Assembly (NCBI GenBank): GCA_963847185.1
Contig: CAWJYV010000007.1
Span: forward strand, 832,001 to 896,000
DNA length: 64,000 nucleotides
Reading direction: 5' to 3'
Source of the DNA: an uncultured Methanosarcinaceae archaeon
Lineage (GTDB): Archaea; Halobacteriota; Methanosarcinia; Methanosarcinales; Methanosarcinaceae
The notes under the pieces were generated by a model, which saw only the letters and a program-made list of their open reading frames with translations, did not search any database and was not told where the DNA came from. This document shows positions 30,698 through 42,900 of the stretch, piece after piece. The translations under genes were made by a program, and so were the position numbers. Within the stretch, counting starts at the first letter, position 1; each line of letters starts with the position of its first letter.

Positions 30698-31459
30698 ATG
30701 ACCGAGATTCCAAAAGACCACCCAAGGTACCAGTCCCTGCTCGCCCGTGAAAAGGTTACAGCAGGGGTAAAAATGGGAATTACAAGCATTCAGGGATTGA
30801 TTGCACAGGGAAGAGGAGAAAGCTTTGATTACCTTATAGGTGAGAGAAGCACCGAATCCGCCCTTAATGCAGAAAGAGCTGCAGTTGCTGCGATTCTTCT
30901 GGCAGAGAACCCTGTGATTTCCGTAAACGGCAACGTCGCAGCCCTGGCTCCTGATAAAGTTGTATCTCTTTCGGACATTACAGGGGCTAAGATTGAGGTA
31001 AATCTCTTTCACAGGACTGAAGCACGGGTACACCTTATAATAGAACAGCTGAAAGCTAATGGAGCTTCTGAAGTTCTCGGGAAAAATCCTGATGCGACCC
31101 TTGAACTTTCTCACGCCAGGCGGCTTGTGGAAAGCAAAGGAATCTATTCCGCAGATGTAGTGCTCGTTCCCTTAGAAGATGGAGACCGCTGCGAAAAACT
31201 TGTAGAAATGGGCAAAACTGTTATCTCAATTGACCTTAATCCCCTGTCCAGAACTTCAAGAACTGCCACTATCTCTATTGTTGATGACCTTACGAGAGCT
31301 CTTGGAAACATGGTAAAGTTTGCGGGGGAAATGAAGAAAGAGAGAAAAGAGGAGCTCGTGAAGATTATTACTACTTATGATAATAAAAAAGCCCTCTCAG
31401 AAGCTATTTCCGAGATTATGGAGCACTTGAAGGTAATTTCTGCTGAAATGGAGTACTAA
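30698..31459 (+). CDS. 4-phosphopantoate--beta-alanine ligase (phosphopantothenate synthetase)
   Basis: HPRY.SL; GRGESFDYLIGE; VISVNGN; VPLEDGDR; IDLNPLSRT. Confidence 0.95.
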   Translation: MTEIPKDHPRYQSLLAREKVTAGVKMGITSIQGLIAQGRGESFDYLIGERSTESALNAERAAVAAILLAENPVISVNGNVAALAPDKVVSLSDITGAKIEVNLFHRTEARVHLIIEQLKANGASEVLGKNPDATLELSHARRLVESKGIYSADVVLVPLEDGDRCEKLVEMGKTVISIDLNPLSRTSRTATISIVDDLTRALGNMVKFAGEMKKERKEELVKIITTYDNKKALSEAISEIMEHLKVISAEMEY

Positions 31460-31530
31460 ACAGGAGATTAATGGAGTACTAAACAGAATTAATGGAGTAC
31501 TAAAATTAAAAAGTGCTAAATAGGATATAA

Positions 31531-32232
31531 ATGGGATTTAAAATGGAGCTAATTGAAAAAACGAGGGAATTTGTCGCCTCTTTTCTAGAAGAAGAACCCA
31601 GTTCCCATGATATGGGACATATCAATAGAGTAGAAGCCCTCTGTCTGGAAATCCAGAAAGAAGAAGGAGGAGATCTATTCGTGCTTCAGCTCGCAGCCCT
31701 CCTTCACGATGTCGGAGTTGTCAGGGAACACGAAGAAGGAGGGGACCATGCTGTGTACAGTGCGGAAATAGCCTCGGAATTCCTCGGGAAAGCAGGTGTT
31801 CGAAAAGAGCTTATTGAAGCGGTTACAGGCTGTATTCTGACCCACCGTTTTAGTGGAGGAATAGTCCCTGAAACTCTCGAAGCCCGGATTTTGCAGGATG
31901 CCGACAGGCTTGATGCCCTTGGTGCAGTAGGAATTTTCAGAGCTGTTTTTTCTATGGGCGCTCTCAGGATGTTAAAACATGCAACAGGCTTGGATAAGGG
32001 AAATTCAAAAAAGACCGTGTATATCGGAAACCCTATTGAAAGTTTTAATGAATATATGAAGTACAAGCCTTTCATAATTCCTGAAAAATTGAATACGGAT
32101 GCCGCGAAAAAGATTGCTGAAGAAAGACTGAAGATAATGCGCCTTTACCTTGAAGCTCTTAACGTTGAGACTGGAATTGATGAGAAGGATCTCCAATTAT
32201 CAGAGCCTATTAGCGCCAGAACTAATTTTTGA
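31531..32232 (+). CDS. HD-domain phosphohydrolase
   Basis: SHD..H..RV; LLHDVG; QDADRLDALGA. Confidence 0.9.
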   Translation: MGFKMELIEKTREFVASFLEEEPSSHDMGHINRVEALCLEIQKEEGGDLFVLQLAALLHDVGVVREHEEGGDHAVYSAEIASEFLGKAGVRKELIEAVTGCILTHRFSGGIVPETLEARILQDADRLDALGAVGIFRAVFSMGALRMLKHATGLDKGNSKKTVYIGNPIESFNEYMKYKPFIIPEKLNTDAAKKIAEERLKIMRLYLEALNVETGIDEKDLQLSEPISARTNF

Positions 32233-32437
32233 GTGTTCCCATACTTCATAATCTTTCTTTTATAGGCTTGTTTTTTCAGCTTTTATCCTTACTGAGATTT
32301 TGCGCAATTCTCAGGTTTTAGCGCATTTCTCAGGACAACTTTTTTTAGGATAACCTCTTAGTTCCAGTTGAATCCAGTAAGTTTCTAATACGTTTCATTG
32401 AATTAGTTTCGGTTGATTGTCTGACGGATATGATCAC

Positions 32438-33739
32438 ATGGCTGATATAATCATAAAAAATGCTCACGTTTTAACAATGGACCCGGAAGTCGGAGACCTT
32501 AAAAAAGGGACCGTTGTAATTGAAGAAGGAAAGATCAGGGAAATTGTGGGAAAGACAAGCGAAAGCGCCGACATTGTTATTGATGCAAAGGGCTCTGTAG
32601 TAATGCCAGGGCTTGTAAACACGCACACCCATGCAGCAATGACCCTTTTCCGCGGTTATGCCGACGATCTGCAGCTTGCAGAGTGGCTTCAGCAACATAT
32701 CTGGCCTGCCGAAGCTCAGCTGACTGCAGGGGATGTCTATAAGGGGAGCCTGCTTGCCTGCCTGGAGATGATCAAGTCAGGAACCACTTCTTTTGCAGAT
32801 ATGTACTTCTTTATGGACGAAACCGCAAAGGCGGTTGAAGCTTCCGGACTTCGGGCTTCTCTCTCCCATGGCCTTATAGAGCTCTGGAACAAAGAAAAGG
32901 GAGAAACTGATCTTAAGGAAGGCAGGCGTTTTGTCAGGGCCTGGCAGGGGGCAGCAGATGGGAGAATTAAAACCATGTATGGGCCACATGCTCCTAACAC
33001 CTGTTCTGACGAGTTTTTTGCAAAGGTAAGAGAAGAAGCCAGCAATGACGGCGCAGGTATCCATCTTCACCTCCTGGAAACGGAAGCCGAACTGCTGGAA
33101 ATGAAAGAGAAGTACGGGAAATGTTCGGTACATATGCTGGAAGATATAGGATTTTTCGGCCCTGATGTCCTTGCCGCCCACTGTGTCTGGCTTTCGGACG
33201 GGGACATAGAGATACTGAGAAAAAGAGGCGTTAACGTTTCCCATAACGTCGTAAGCAATATGAAATTGGCTTCCGGAATTGCACCTGTGCATAAAATGCT
33301 TGAAAAAGGAATAAATGTCAGCCTTGGAACCGACGGCTGCGCTTCAAACAATAACCTTGATCTCTTTGAGGAGATGAAAACAGCTGCCCTCCTGCATAAA
33401 GTAAATACTTTCAATCCTACTGCCCTTCCTGCCAGGCAGGTTCTTGAGATGGGCACGGTAAATGGGGCAAAAGCTCTTGACCCTGAAACAGGTATGTTAA
33501 AAGCAGGAAAGAAGGCAGACCTGATTATAGTAGACATGAAAAAACCGCATCTTACTCCCTGCTTTGATGTCCCGTCTCATCTTGTGTACTCAGCCAGAGG
33601 AAGCGATGTCAGGACAACAATCGTAAACGGAAAGGTCCTCATGGATGATTACAGGATTATGGTGCTGGATGAGCAAAAAGTAGTGGAAGACGCTCAAAAA
33701 GCTGCAGAAGAACTTGTAGCAAGGGTAAAAACAGCCTGA
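32438..33739 (+). CDS. dadD: 5'-deoxyadenosine/MTA/SAH deaminase (amidohydrolase)
   Basis: PGLVNTHTH; HLHLLET; AAHCVW; SNMKLASG; GTDG; adjacent to ahcY. Confidence 0.88.
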   Translation: MADIIIKNAHVLTMDPEVGDLKKGTVVIEEGKIREIVGKTSESADIVIDAKGSVVMPGLVNTHTHAAMTLFRGYADDLQLAEWLQQHIWPAEAQLTAGDVYKGSLLACLEMIKSGTTSFADMYFFMDETAKAVEASGLRASLSHGLIELWNKEKGETDLKEGRRFVRAWQGAADGRIKTMYGPHAPNTCSDEFFAKVREEASNDGAGIHLHLLETEAELLEMKEKYGKCSVHMLEDIGFFGPDVLAAHCVWLSDGDIEILRKRGVNVSHNVVSNMKLASGIAPVHKMLEKGINVSLGTDGCASNNNLDLFEEMKTAALLHKVNTFNPTALPARQVLEMGTVNGAKALDPETGMLKAGKKADLIIVDMKKPHLTPCFDVPSHLVYSARGSDVRTTIVNGKVLMDDYRIMVLDEQKVVEDAQKAAEELVARVKTA

Positions 33740-33954
33740 AAAGCCCATATATAGAGAGAGTAGATTATTTATAAGTAAATTAATAAGTAAATTATATACA
33801 AGCTATAGTGTTTTAAAGCATATTAAATAGCACACGGGAGAAATAACTAGCTGGAATCCTTATAATATGGGCAATCTTATTTGCCCTGTATTTCTTTCTG
33901 TGCTTAGTCATCAAAATCGAATTCAATCGTCTATGTGATAATTACGTGATCATC

Positions 33955-35190
33955 ATGACAGAAAAAGAACTCATAGAATCCGGAAACATGAAAATGGAAT
34001 GGGCAAGAAACCATATGCCTGTGATTGCAATTGTCAGGGAAATGTTTGAGAAGGAAAAACCCCTGAAAGGGCTGAAAATAGGAATGGCCCTCCATGTAGA
34101 AGCAAAAACTGCAGTCCTTGTGGAAACTCTGGCTGCAGGCGGCGCACAGGTAACCATCTCTGGCTGCAATCCCCTGAGTACTCAGGATGATGTGGCAACT
34201 GCTCTTGATACCAGGGATAATATAAGCTGTTTTGCAAAATACGGATGCTGCACCAGTGAATATTATGAAGCGATCGACAAAGTCCTTGATATCGAACCTG
34301 ATATCACAATCGATGATGGGGCAGACCTGATTTTTAAGCTTCACAAAGAAAGAACCGAGCTTCTTCCGAAGATTCTGGGCGGCTGCGAGGAAACAACTAC
34401 AGGAGTCCACAGGCTTCATGCCATGGAAAAGGACGGAGCTCTAAAGATGCCTGTAATTGCAGTAAACGATGCCATGACCAAATATCTCTTCGACAACCGC
34501 TATGGGACAGGACAGTCAGCCTGGGACGGAATTAACAGGACTACAAATCTTCTTGTAGCAGGCAAAAACGTTGTTGTTGCAGGCTACGGCTGGTGCGGTC
34601 GCGGGGTTGCAATGCGGGCTTCTGGTCTTGGTGCAAACGTAATCGTTACTGAGATAGATCCTATCCGAGCTCTTGAAGCCAGAATGGACGGATACAGAGT
34701 CATGAAAATGGCTGAAGCTGCAAAATTAGGAGATATCTTTGTAACTGCTACTGGAAACCGTGATATTCTTACAGCCGAACATTTCCAGTTAATGCCTGAC
34801 GGAGCGATTCTTGCAAATTCAGGACACTTCAACGTTGAAATCGATATGGAAGCCCTTTCTTCCCTTGCAAAATCAGTCCGAACTGTCAGAAACAATATCA
34901 TGGAATATGATCTGGGAAACAGGCGCATTAATGTCATAGCTGAAGGCAGGCTTGTTAACCTGGCTGCAGGCGATGGCCACCCTGCCGAGGTCATGGATAT
35001 GAGTTTTGCAAACCAGGCTCTTTGTGTACGCCACATTGCAGAAAACAAGCTTCCTAATGGAGTCCACAAGGTTCCCCAGGAACTGGATACTTTTGTGGCA
35101 AAAATGAAACTTGAATCAATGGGTATAGACATTGATGAACTCACTCCCACACAGGAATGCTACATGACCGGCTGGGAATGCGGGACGTAA
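33955..35190 (+). CDS. ahcY: adenosylhomocysteinase
   Basis: CNPLSTQD; DDGAD; EETTTG; FDNRYGTGQS; GYGWCGRG; GRLVNL. Confidence 0.97.
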   Translation: MTEKELIESGNMKMEWARNHMPVIAIVREMFEKEKPLKGLKIGMALHVEAKTAVLVETLAAGGAQVTISGCNPLSTQDDVATALDTRDNISCFAKYGCCTSEYYEAIDKVLDIEPDITIDDGADLIFKLHKERTELLPKILGGCEETTTGVHRLHAMEKDGALKMPVIAVNDAMTKYLFDNRYGTGQSAWDGINRTTNLLVAGKNVVVAGYGWCGRGVAMRASGLGANVIVTEIDPIRALEARMDGYRVMKMAEAAKLGDIFVTATGNRDILTAEHFQLMPDGAILANSGHFNVEIDMEALSSLAKSVRTVRNNIMEYDLGNRRINVIAEGRLVNLAAGDGHPAEVMDMSFANQALCVRHIAENKLPNGVHKVPQELDTFVAKMKLESMGIDIDELTPTQECYMTGWECGT

Positions 35191-35239
35191 AAAACCGGTC
35201 AAAATCGCTATCAAAGGAGAAGGTTATCTCTCAGCAATT

Positions 35240-35381
35240 TTAAACATTCGAGCGTTTAAACATTTGAGCGTTTAAACATTTGAGCGTTTAAACATTTAAG
35301 CACTTAAACATTTGAGCATTTAAACTTGTGAGCGTAAACATTTGAGCATTTAAACTTGTGAGCGCTTAAACATTTAGGCGC
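35240..35381 (+). repeat. 16-bp tandem repeat ttaaacatttgagcgt, about 9 units
   Basis: Contiguous imperfect units downstream of ahcY. Confidence 0.9.
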
Positions 35382-35758
35382 TTTTAGTGCGGTAAATATG
35401 ACTAAGTCTCCATCTCTGGAAAAATGACATATTTACTGCACTTTAATTATAATCTTAGATTCAGAATAACTACTTATTAATACTTCAATAAATATTCCTA
35501 AGTAGTAATCTTCATAAATATCGTTTCCATAATTTAGTAATACTTTTAAGAAAAACAAAAATCTGGTATCCTGGAAGAAGAATTTAAATTATAGATAAAT
35601 TTTCTGTGCTTTTTTAAATGTATCTGAAACCATTTTTACCTAGGGAAATTTAAGTAAAACTATAGACATAAGAACCTAGTATACTCTTTAATTCTAATCA
35701 TAATTCATTACAGAATCTGTTTTAGGATAATCTTAGAATAATCTCCAGAAGGCGTGGA

Positions 35759-38700
35759 ATGAGAGAAAAGTTAAGAAATTCTGGTATTGATATTATTGGA
35801 GACGTACCCTGGGGAACACACATCTGCCAGTTCTACCAAACAAAAGAAGATTTATTTGATATACTTATTCCTTATTTTAAGGCAGGGCTGGAAAACAATG
35901 AGTTTTGCCTCTGGGTCACATCACAACCTCTGGAAATAAAAGAGTCAAAAGAAGCTCTAAGGAAGGCTGTTCCTGATCTTGATTTTTATCTGGAGAAAGG
36001 GCAAATAGAAATTATCTCCTATGCTGATTATTACCTAAAAGACGGTATTTTTGACTTAATCGGAGCCTTAAATGGCTGGACTAAAAAAATAAACCATGTC
36101 CTGGCAAATGGATACAATGGCTTGAGGTCGAGCGGGAATAGTTCCTGGCTGGAGAAAAAGGACCGGAGCAGTTTCACTGATTATGAAGGAAAAGTAGACA
36201 GTACTGTCAGTAACTACCCGACGATAGCTCTCTGTACTTATTCTCTTGATGAACTGGATGCAACCGAGATTATTGATGTTGTTGTCAACCATCAATTCTC
36301 TCTAGTTAAACGAGAAGGAAAATGGGAGCGGATAGAAAGTCCCAGACGCAAGAAAGTAGAAGAAGCGGCTGTTCAAGCCACAAAAAATTGGGAATACACA
36401 TTTGACGCTGTACCTGACCTGATAGCCATACTTGATACTGAATTCAGGGTTGTCCGTGCAAACAGGGCAATGGCAGCAAGATTGGGAGTTACACCTGAAG
36501 AGTGTACAGGGCTAACCTGTTACCATGCTATCCATGGAGCAGATAAGCCTCCTTCTTTTTGCCCGCATCTGCAATTGCTTGAGGATGGGCTTGAACATAC
36601 CACCGAAGTTCTCGAAGATAATCTTGGTGGCGATTTCTTAGTAAGCGCCTCGCCACTTCATGATTCTAAGGGACAACTGATAGGATGTATTCATGTTGCG
36701 CGTGATATCACGGAACGCAAGCAGGCTGAGAAGGCACTGCGCATGGGAGAGGAATTGTTGCGTTTCGCGCTTGAAATCAGCCACACCGGTGCATGGGACC
36801 TCGACCTTGCGGATCATACTGCATATCGATCACTGGAGCACGACCATATCTTCGGTTACGAGCAACTGCTCCCGCAGTGGACCTACGAGATGTTTCTCGA
36901 TCATGTACTGCCTGAGGACCGCTCGATGGTGGAAGCGAAATTCCATGAAGCTACGGCCACGTGCAGTGATTGGAATTTCGAATGCCGCATCCGACGCGTG
37001 GATGGTGCTGTTAGGTGGATTTGGGCTGCAGGGCGGCACCATATGGCCGCCAGCGGAAACTTGAGCAGGATGAGGGGTATCGTCCAGGACATTACTGAAC
37101 GTAAACTGGTAGAAGAGGCATTGCGAGAGAATGAAACGCGGTTGAAGGTCATCATTGCAAACTCTCCTGATATAATCTTTGAGCAAGACCGTAATCTACG
37201 GTATACCTGGGTATTCAATCCGGCACCCCCATTATCTGTATCTGATGTACTGGGCAAAACCGATGAAGAATTGATGCCTCCAGACCAGGCAAAGTTACTT
37301 ACATCTATAAAGCGCCGGGTACTCGAGATAGGCGTTCGCGAGCACGCTGTCCTGATGTTGACCCCTGGAGGCGAATCACAATGGTTTGAAGCAATCTACG
37401 AACCCCGGTATGACGAGACCGGAAACGTCATGGGCATACTTTCTTACATCCGTAATATTTCAGAGCGCAAGCAGCTGGAAGAACAAACCCGACAGCGAGC
37501 CGAAGAAATTGAAACAATAATGGAGGTGGCGCCTGTTGCCATTTGGATAGGCCACGACCCGCAGTGTCACAATATTACCGGCAACCGGACAGCTAACGAA
37601 TTTTATGAAGCAAAAATCGGAGAAAATGTCTCGCCGAATGTTACACCTGTACGGCGCCTCTTCCGGAAAGGCATCGAGTTAGTTGCAGAAGAATTGCCCA
37701 TGCAGCAGTCTGCCTTGAAAGATGTCGATGTGCGGAATGTGGAAATAGATGTATTGTTGCCGAGTGGAGAATTTCGGGGACTTCTGGGATCAGCCAGCCC
37801 ACTGCATGATGCAGATGGTCGTGTGCGCGGGAGTGTCGGCGCATTTATCGATATCACTGAGCGCAAGAAGGCAGAGGAAGCTCTGCGCGAGAGCGAGGAG
37901 AAGTACCGAAATTTCATAGAGACAGCTATCGAAGGTATATTGATAGTTGACCCTGAAGCCAGGATTACTTACTCTAATGAAAAAATGGCGGAGATGCTGG
38001 GGTATACTCAGGACGAGATACTTGGCAGGTTTGCATGGGATTTTGCTGACCATGAGGATAAATCCATCATCAAACTGAATCTGGAAAAGAGGCGTCAGGG
38101 TATTAATGAGATTTATGAACTAAAACTAATACGCAAGGATGGATCCCTGTTCTGGGGACTTGTTAGTGCTAAACCCCTTTTTGATAAGGCCGGAAATTTT
38201 ACAGGTTCTATGGCTATGCTCACTGACATAACCAAGTGGAAAGAAGCAGAAACCAGACTTAAAGAGACTCTCGACAATCTGGAGAACTTGGTTAAAGAGC
38301 GTACAGCAGAGCTTGAGATGGCTTATAAATCTTTGAAAGAAAGCGAAAAGGGCCTTGCTGAAGCTCAAAAAATGGCTCATATCGGAAACTGGGAATGGGA
38401 TATTGCATCTGATAAAGCATACTGGTCGGAAGAAATGTATCGTATTTTCAAACGTGATCCTCAAAAATTGGCACCATCTTTAGATGAATATTTAAGTTAT
38501 ATTCACCCCGACGACGTGGAATACTACAGTAAAGTCAATGATTATACCAGAAAAGTACGTACTTCTGGACTTGATTTTAGAATTGTTTTAGCTAATGGGG
38601 AAGAGCGTACACTCCACATAAAATCAGATTTTATTTATAATGATGAAAATACCCCTATTCGAGTAAAAGGAATAGTTCAAGATATTACCGAGCGTGAGAG

Positions 38701-39793
38701 CGCTAAACAAGAGCTCGAATTGAGCGAAGAGAGATACCGCATAATAACAGAGCAGACAGGGCAGCTTGTATATGATTACGATCCTGAGAAAAACACTGCT
38801 GACTGGGCTGGCAATGTCGAAGAGCTTACTGGATTTACTCCAGAAGAATTTAAAAGCATGAGCCTGAAGTTCTGGCTTTCTCGTATTCATCCGGAAGATC
38901 TGAGTACATACCTGGAAATATATGATAGGTACATGAAATCCGGAGATGCTTACAGGACAGAATACCGATTTAGAAAAAAGGATGGAGAATACATCTATAT
39001 TGAAGATAACGGGATCTGCCTGAGGGACAAAAAAAGTAATGTACACAGAATTCTTGGGGTAATTAAAAATATTACGGAAAGAAAAAAGGCAGAGATTTTC
39101 CTTGCGAATATCGAAACTGCCCGTAAAAAGGAAATTCACCACAGAATTAAGAACAATCTGCAGGTAATCTCTTCTCTTCTTGACCTCCAGGCTGAAAAAT
39201 TTAGAGGCAAAGAGTGCGTTGAGGATTTGGAGGTTCTGAAAGCTTTCAGAGAAAGTCAGGACAGAGTAATGTCTATTGCCCTGATTCATGAAGAACTGCA
39301 CGAAGGCAGAGGAACCAATAAACTGAATATCTCCCCATACCTGGAGAGGCTTGTTAAGAACCTTTTCCAGACTTACCGGCTTGGAAATGCCGGTACGAGT
39401 TTAAATATAGAACTTGAGGAAAACATCTTTTTCGATATGGACGCTGCAGTTCCATTGGGGATAATTATTAACGAACTTGTTTCAAATGCCCTCAAGTACG
39501 CATTTGCAGGTAAGGATAAAGGGTTAATCGAAATCAAACTCTTCAGGGAAGAGTCCGCAGAATATACGGATAATGGACCTGTAAGCGAAAGAGAAGAGAA
39601 TGTTACTAGTTTTGTATTAACAGTTTCGGATAACGGCGTGGGGATGCCTCAAGATTTTAGTTTGAATAAATCTGGAACTCTTGGTCTACAGTTAGTGGCG
39701 ATCCTGGCAGACCAGTTAGGGGGCGAACTTAAATTAGAAAAGAATCACGGAACTAAATTTATAATAAAGTTCGCAATACCGGAGAATAAATGA
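35759..39793 (+). CDS. MEDS-multi-PAS sensor histidine kinase (HisKA_2)
   Basis: N-terminal WGTHICQFY MEDS; repeated DITERK PAC ends; EIHHRIKNNLQ; NELVSNA; SDNGVG. Confidence 0.93.
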   Translation: MREKLRNSGIDIIGDVPWGTHICQFYQTKEDLFDILIPYFKAGLENNEFCLWVTSQPLEIKESKEALRKAVPDLDFYLEKGQIEIISYADYYLKDGIFDLIGALNGWTKKINHVLANGYNGLRSSGNSSWLEKKDRSSFTDYEGKVDSTVSNYPTIALCTYSLDELDATEIIDVVVNHQFSLVKREGKWERIESPRRKKVEEAAVQATKNWEYTFDAVPDLIAILDTEFRVVRANRAMAARLGVTPEECTGLTCYHAIHGADKPPSFCPHLQLLEDGLEHTTEVLEDNLGGDFLVSASPLHDSKGQLIGCIHVARDITERKQAEKALRMGEELLRFALEISHTGAWDLDLADHTAYRSLEHDHIFGYEQLLPQWTYEMFLDHVLPEDRSMVEAKFHEATATCSDWNFECRIRRVDGAVRWIWAAGRHHMAASGNLSRMRGIVQDITERKLVEEALRENETRLKVIIANSPDIIFEQDRNLRYTWVFNPAPPLSVSDVLGKTDEELMPPDQAKLLTSIKRRVLEIGVREHAVLMLTPGGESQWFEAIYEPRYDETGNVMGILSYIRNISERKQLEEQTRQRAEEIETIMEVAPVAIWIGHDPQCHNITGNRTANEFYEAKIGENVSPNVTPVRRLFRKGIELVAEELPMQQSALKDVDVRNVEIDVLLPSGEFRGLLGSASPLHDADGRVRGSVGAFIDITERKKAEEALRESEEKYRNFIETAIEGILIVDPEARITYSNEKMAEMLGYTQDEILGRFAWDFADHEDKSIIKLNLEKRRQGINEIYELKLIRKDGSLFWGLVSAKPLFDKAGNFTGSMAMLTDITKWKEAETRLKETLDNLENLVKERTAELEMAYKSLKESEKGLAEAQKMAHIGNWEWDIASDKAYWSEEMYRIFKRDPQKLAPSLDEYLSYIHPDDVEYYSKVNDYTRKVRTSGLDFRIVLANGEERTLHIKSDFIYNDENTPIRVKGIVQDITERESAKQELELSEERYRIITEQTGQLVYDYDPEKNTADWAGNVEELTGFTPEEFKSMSLKFWLSRIHPEDLSTYLEIYDRYMKSGDAYRTEYRFRKKDGEYIYIEDNGICLRDKKSNVHRILGVIKNITERKKAEIFLANIETARKKEIHHRIKNNLQVISSLLDLQAEKFRGKECVEDLEVLKAFRESQDRVMSIALIHEELHEGRGTNKLNISPYLERLVKNLFQTYRLGNAGTSLNIELEENIFFDMDAAVPLGIIINELVSNALKYAFAGKDKGLIEIKLFREESAEYTDNGPVSEREENVTSFVLTVSDNGVGMPQDFSLNKSGTLGLQLVAILADQLGGELKLEKNHGTKFIIKFAIPENK

Positions 39794-39937
39794 GAATCCT
39801 CTCTGGACTTTCGGTGCTTTTATATTTCTATACATCCAGTTCTAAGAAAAACTACAGAGCTATATTTAATTCTGGCTACTATTTGCTTCAAGACCCGCTT
39901 TAAGAATAATATTGGAATATGTTCAAGATGGTGCGGA

Positions 39938-42900
39938 ATGAGAGAACAACTAAGAAAATCCGGCATTGATATTATCGAAGATATGCCCTTGGGAACTTAT
40001 ATCTGTCAATTATACCACACAAAAGAGGATTTAATTGACATACTTATTCCTTATTTTAAGGCAGGGCTGGAAAATAATGAGTTTTGTATGTGGGTCACAT
40101 CACAACCTTTAGAAGTTATAGGTGCAAAAGGCGTTTTGAGGGAGTATATTCCTGACCTTGATATTTATTTGGAGAAAGGGCAAATAGAAATCATTCCTTA
40201 TACTGACTGGTATTTTAAAAACGGCGCTTTCGATTCAGAGACTGCTTTAAATAAATGGATAAAAATACTAGATCAAGCCCTTCAAGGTGGATACGATGGC
40301 TTGAGATCGAGTGAAAATATTTCCTGGGCGGGAATAACAGACTGGAGTAGTTTCGTTGATTATGAAAGAGAAGTAAATACCATTCTTGGCAACTACCAGA
40401 CAATAGCCCTATATACTTATTCTCTCGAGGGATTCAATGCAGCCGAGATAATTGATGTTGTTGTCAATCAGCAGTTTTCTTTGATCAAAAGAGAAAGAAA
40501 ATGGGAGCGGATTGAAAAATCTGGGCGGAAAGATATCGTCGAGCGTAAGCAGGTAGTTAAGATACAGCAACAGAGTGAGCAATGTCCCAGGCTAAAATTG
40601 GAAAATGGTCTCTTATCTCCTCGAAAGATAACTGATTTGGAGCTTTCAGAGATTATTGATGTCCAGGCCATACAGCCTTTAATGGATGATTTCTATAAAC
40701 TTACTCACATCCCTATGGGCTTAAACGATCTCAAAGGAAATGTTCTGGTAGGTGTAGGATGGCAGGATATCTGTACCAAATTCCATAGAGTTCATCCCGA
40801 AACCTACAAGCATTGCGTAGAGAGCAACATAAAGTCTATCCTTGGGCGTTACCCCTGGGGAGTATAAGCTGTACAAATGCAAAAACAACATGTGGGAAGT
40901 GGTGACTCCTATCGTGGTTGAAGGCCAGCCTGTCGGCTATGTCTTCGCAGGACAGTTCTTTTTTGAAAACGAGCCTCTGGGCTATGAGCTTTTCAGATCC
41001 CAGGCCAGAAAATATGGCTTTGATGAGGAAGAATATATAGCAGCGCTTGAAAAAGTTCCACGGTTGAGCAGGGAGGCTGTGGACACAGGCATGGCCTTTC
41101 TCATGACGTTTGCCAGCATGATCTCACAGCTAAGCTACAGCAATATTAAGCTAGTCCAATCACTGGAGGAACGCGGTTCTCTGGTGGACGCGCTCCGTGA
41201 GAGCGAAGAGAGATTTCGGGCGGTCCTTGAGAACTCACTCGATGTGGCTTACCGGCGAAACCTTCAGACCGATTGCTATGATTATATGAGCCCGGTGGTA
41301 GAGCAGGTTACTGGTTTCTCTGCCCAGGAAATGAATTCGATGAAAATTGATGAAATTCTTGATCGCATTCATGCCGATGATCGCTCGCTTGTTGCTACGG
41401 AACTGACCCAGGCATTAGATGCAGACAGCGGAAACCTCGAATACCGGTTCAAGTGCAAGGACGGTCAGTATCGCTGGTTCGCCGATCGCTTCAGGGTTAT
41501 TAAGGATCAAAATGGCAAGCTTCTCTTCAGCGGAGGTGTCGTCCGTGACATTACTGATACTAAGGTAGCAGAAGCTAAAATAAAGGAAACACTCGATAAT
41601 TTAGAAAGCTCAGTTAGAGAGCGTACTGCAGAACTCCAGAAAGCCTACAATTCATTGAAGGATAGTGAAAAAAGTCTTGCCGAAGCTCAAAGAATGTCCC
41701 ACATTGGAAATTGGGATTGGAACATTGCAGCTGGCAAAATATATTGGTCTGATGAACTTTATCGCATTTTCGGACTTAATCCTCAGAAATCAGGAGTGCG
41801 TTATAATGAATTCTTAAACTATGTACATCCCGATGATCTAGATCACGTCAATAATGCTGTTAATAAAGGCATGGACGAAAAATTTTGCAGTATTGATTTT
41901 AGAATAATTTCAGCTGGCGGGGCAGAGCGTATAGTCCATGCGTTAAATGAAGTTATTTTTAATGGGGAAAATATCCCTGTTCGAGTGAGAGGAATAGTTC
42001 AGGATATTACAGAAAGGAAGATTGCTGAGCAGAAGCTACAGCAGAGCGAAGCAAAATACCGCTCATTCATAGAAAACTTTAAAGGAATTGCTTTTGAGGC
42101 AGACGAGAATTTCTTTCCCTTATTCTTGCATGGGACTGTCGAAGAAATTATGGGGTACAGTGAAGAAGAGTTCATATCAAAGCGGCCCTGGAAGGAAATT
42201 ATTCATCCCGATGATTTCCCTACTGTGTATGAAGAATCGAAAAAAGTCAAGTACTCTCAGAATCCCTGCTCTGGAGAGATTGACTTCCGGATAATTCACA
42301 GAAACGGAAAAATAAAATGGGTGCATGAAATCTACCAGAAGATCCCTGGAAAAAACGGAATTCCAGATCGGTATCAGGGAGCGATATACGACATTACCGA
42401 AAGAAAAGAAGCAGAAGAAGCTCTTGCAAATCTCGAAACTGCCCGACAGAAAGAAATTCATCACAGGATCAAAAATAATCTGCAGGTTATCTCCTCTCTT
42501 CTGGATCTTGAGGCTGAAAAATTCAAAAACAGGAGATATATAGAGAGTTCAGAAGTTCTTGAAGCTTTCATGGAAAGTCAGGATAGAGTGGTGTCAATTT
42601 CTCTGATCCATGAGGAACTTCATAAAGGAGATGAAACTTACACTCTGAATTTCTCTCAGTACCTTGGGAGACTCGTTGAGAATCTTTTTCATACTTACAG
42701 ATTTGGAAACACCAATATCAGCTTAAATATGGATCTGGAAGAAGACATTTTCTTTGATATGGATATTGCAGTTCCACTAGGAATTATCGTTAATGAACTT
42801 GTATCTAATTCCTTCAAACATGCATTTCCAGGTACAGAGGAAGGGATAATCAATATCAAGCTTCTCAAAGACGAAAAAAGAGAACACATGAATGAGGAAT

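Noticed and set aside
35240-35381. Mini-CRISPR
   Set aside because: Contiguous 16-bp units without spacers.
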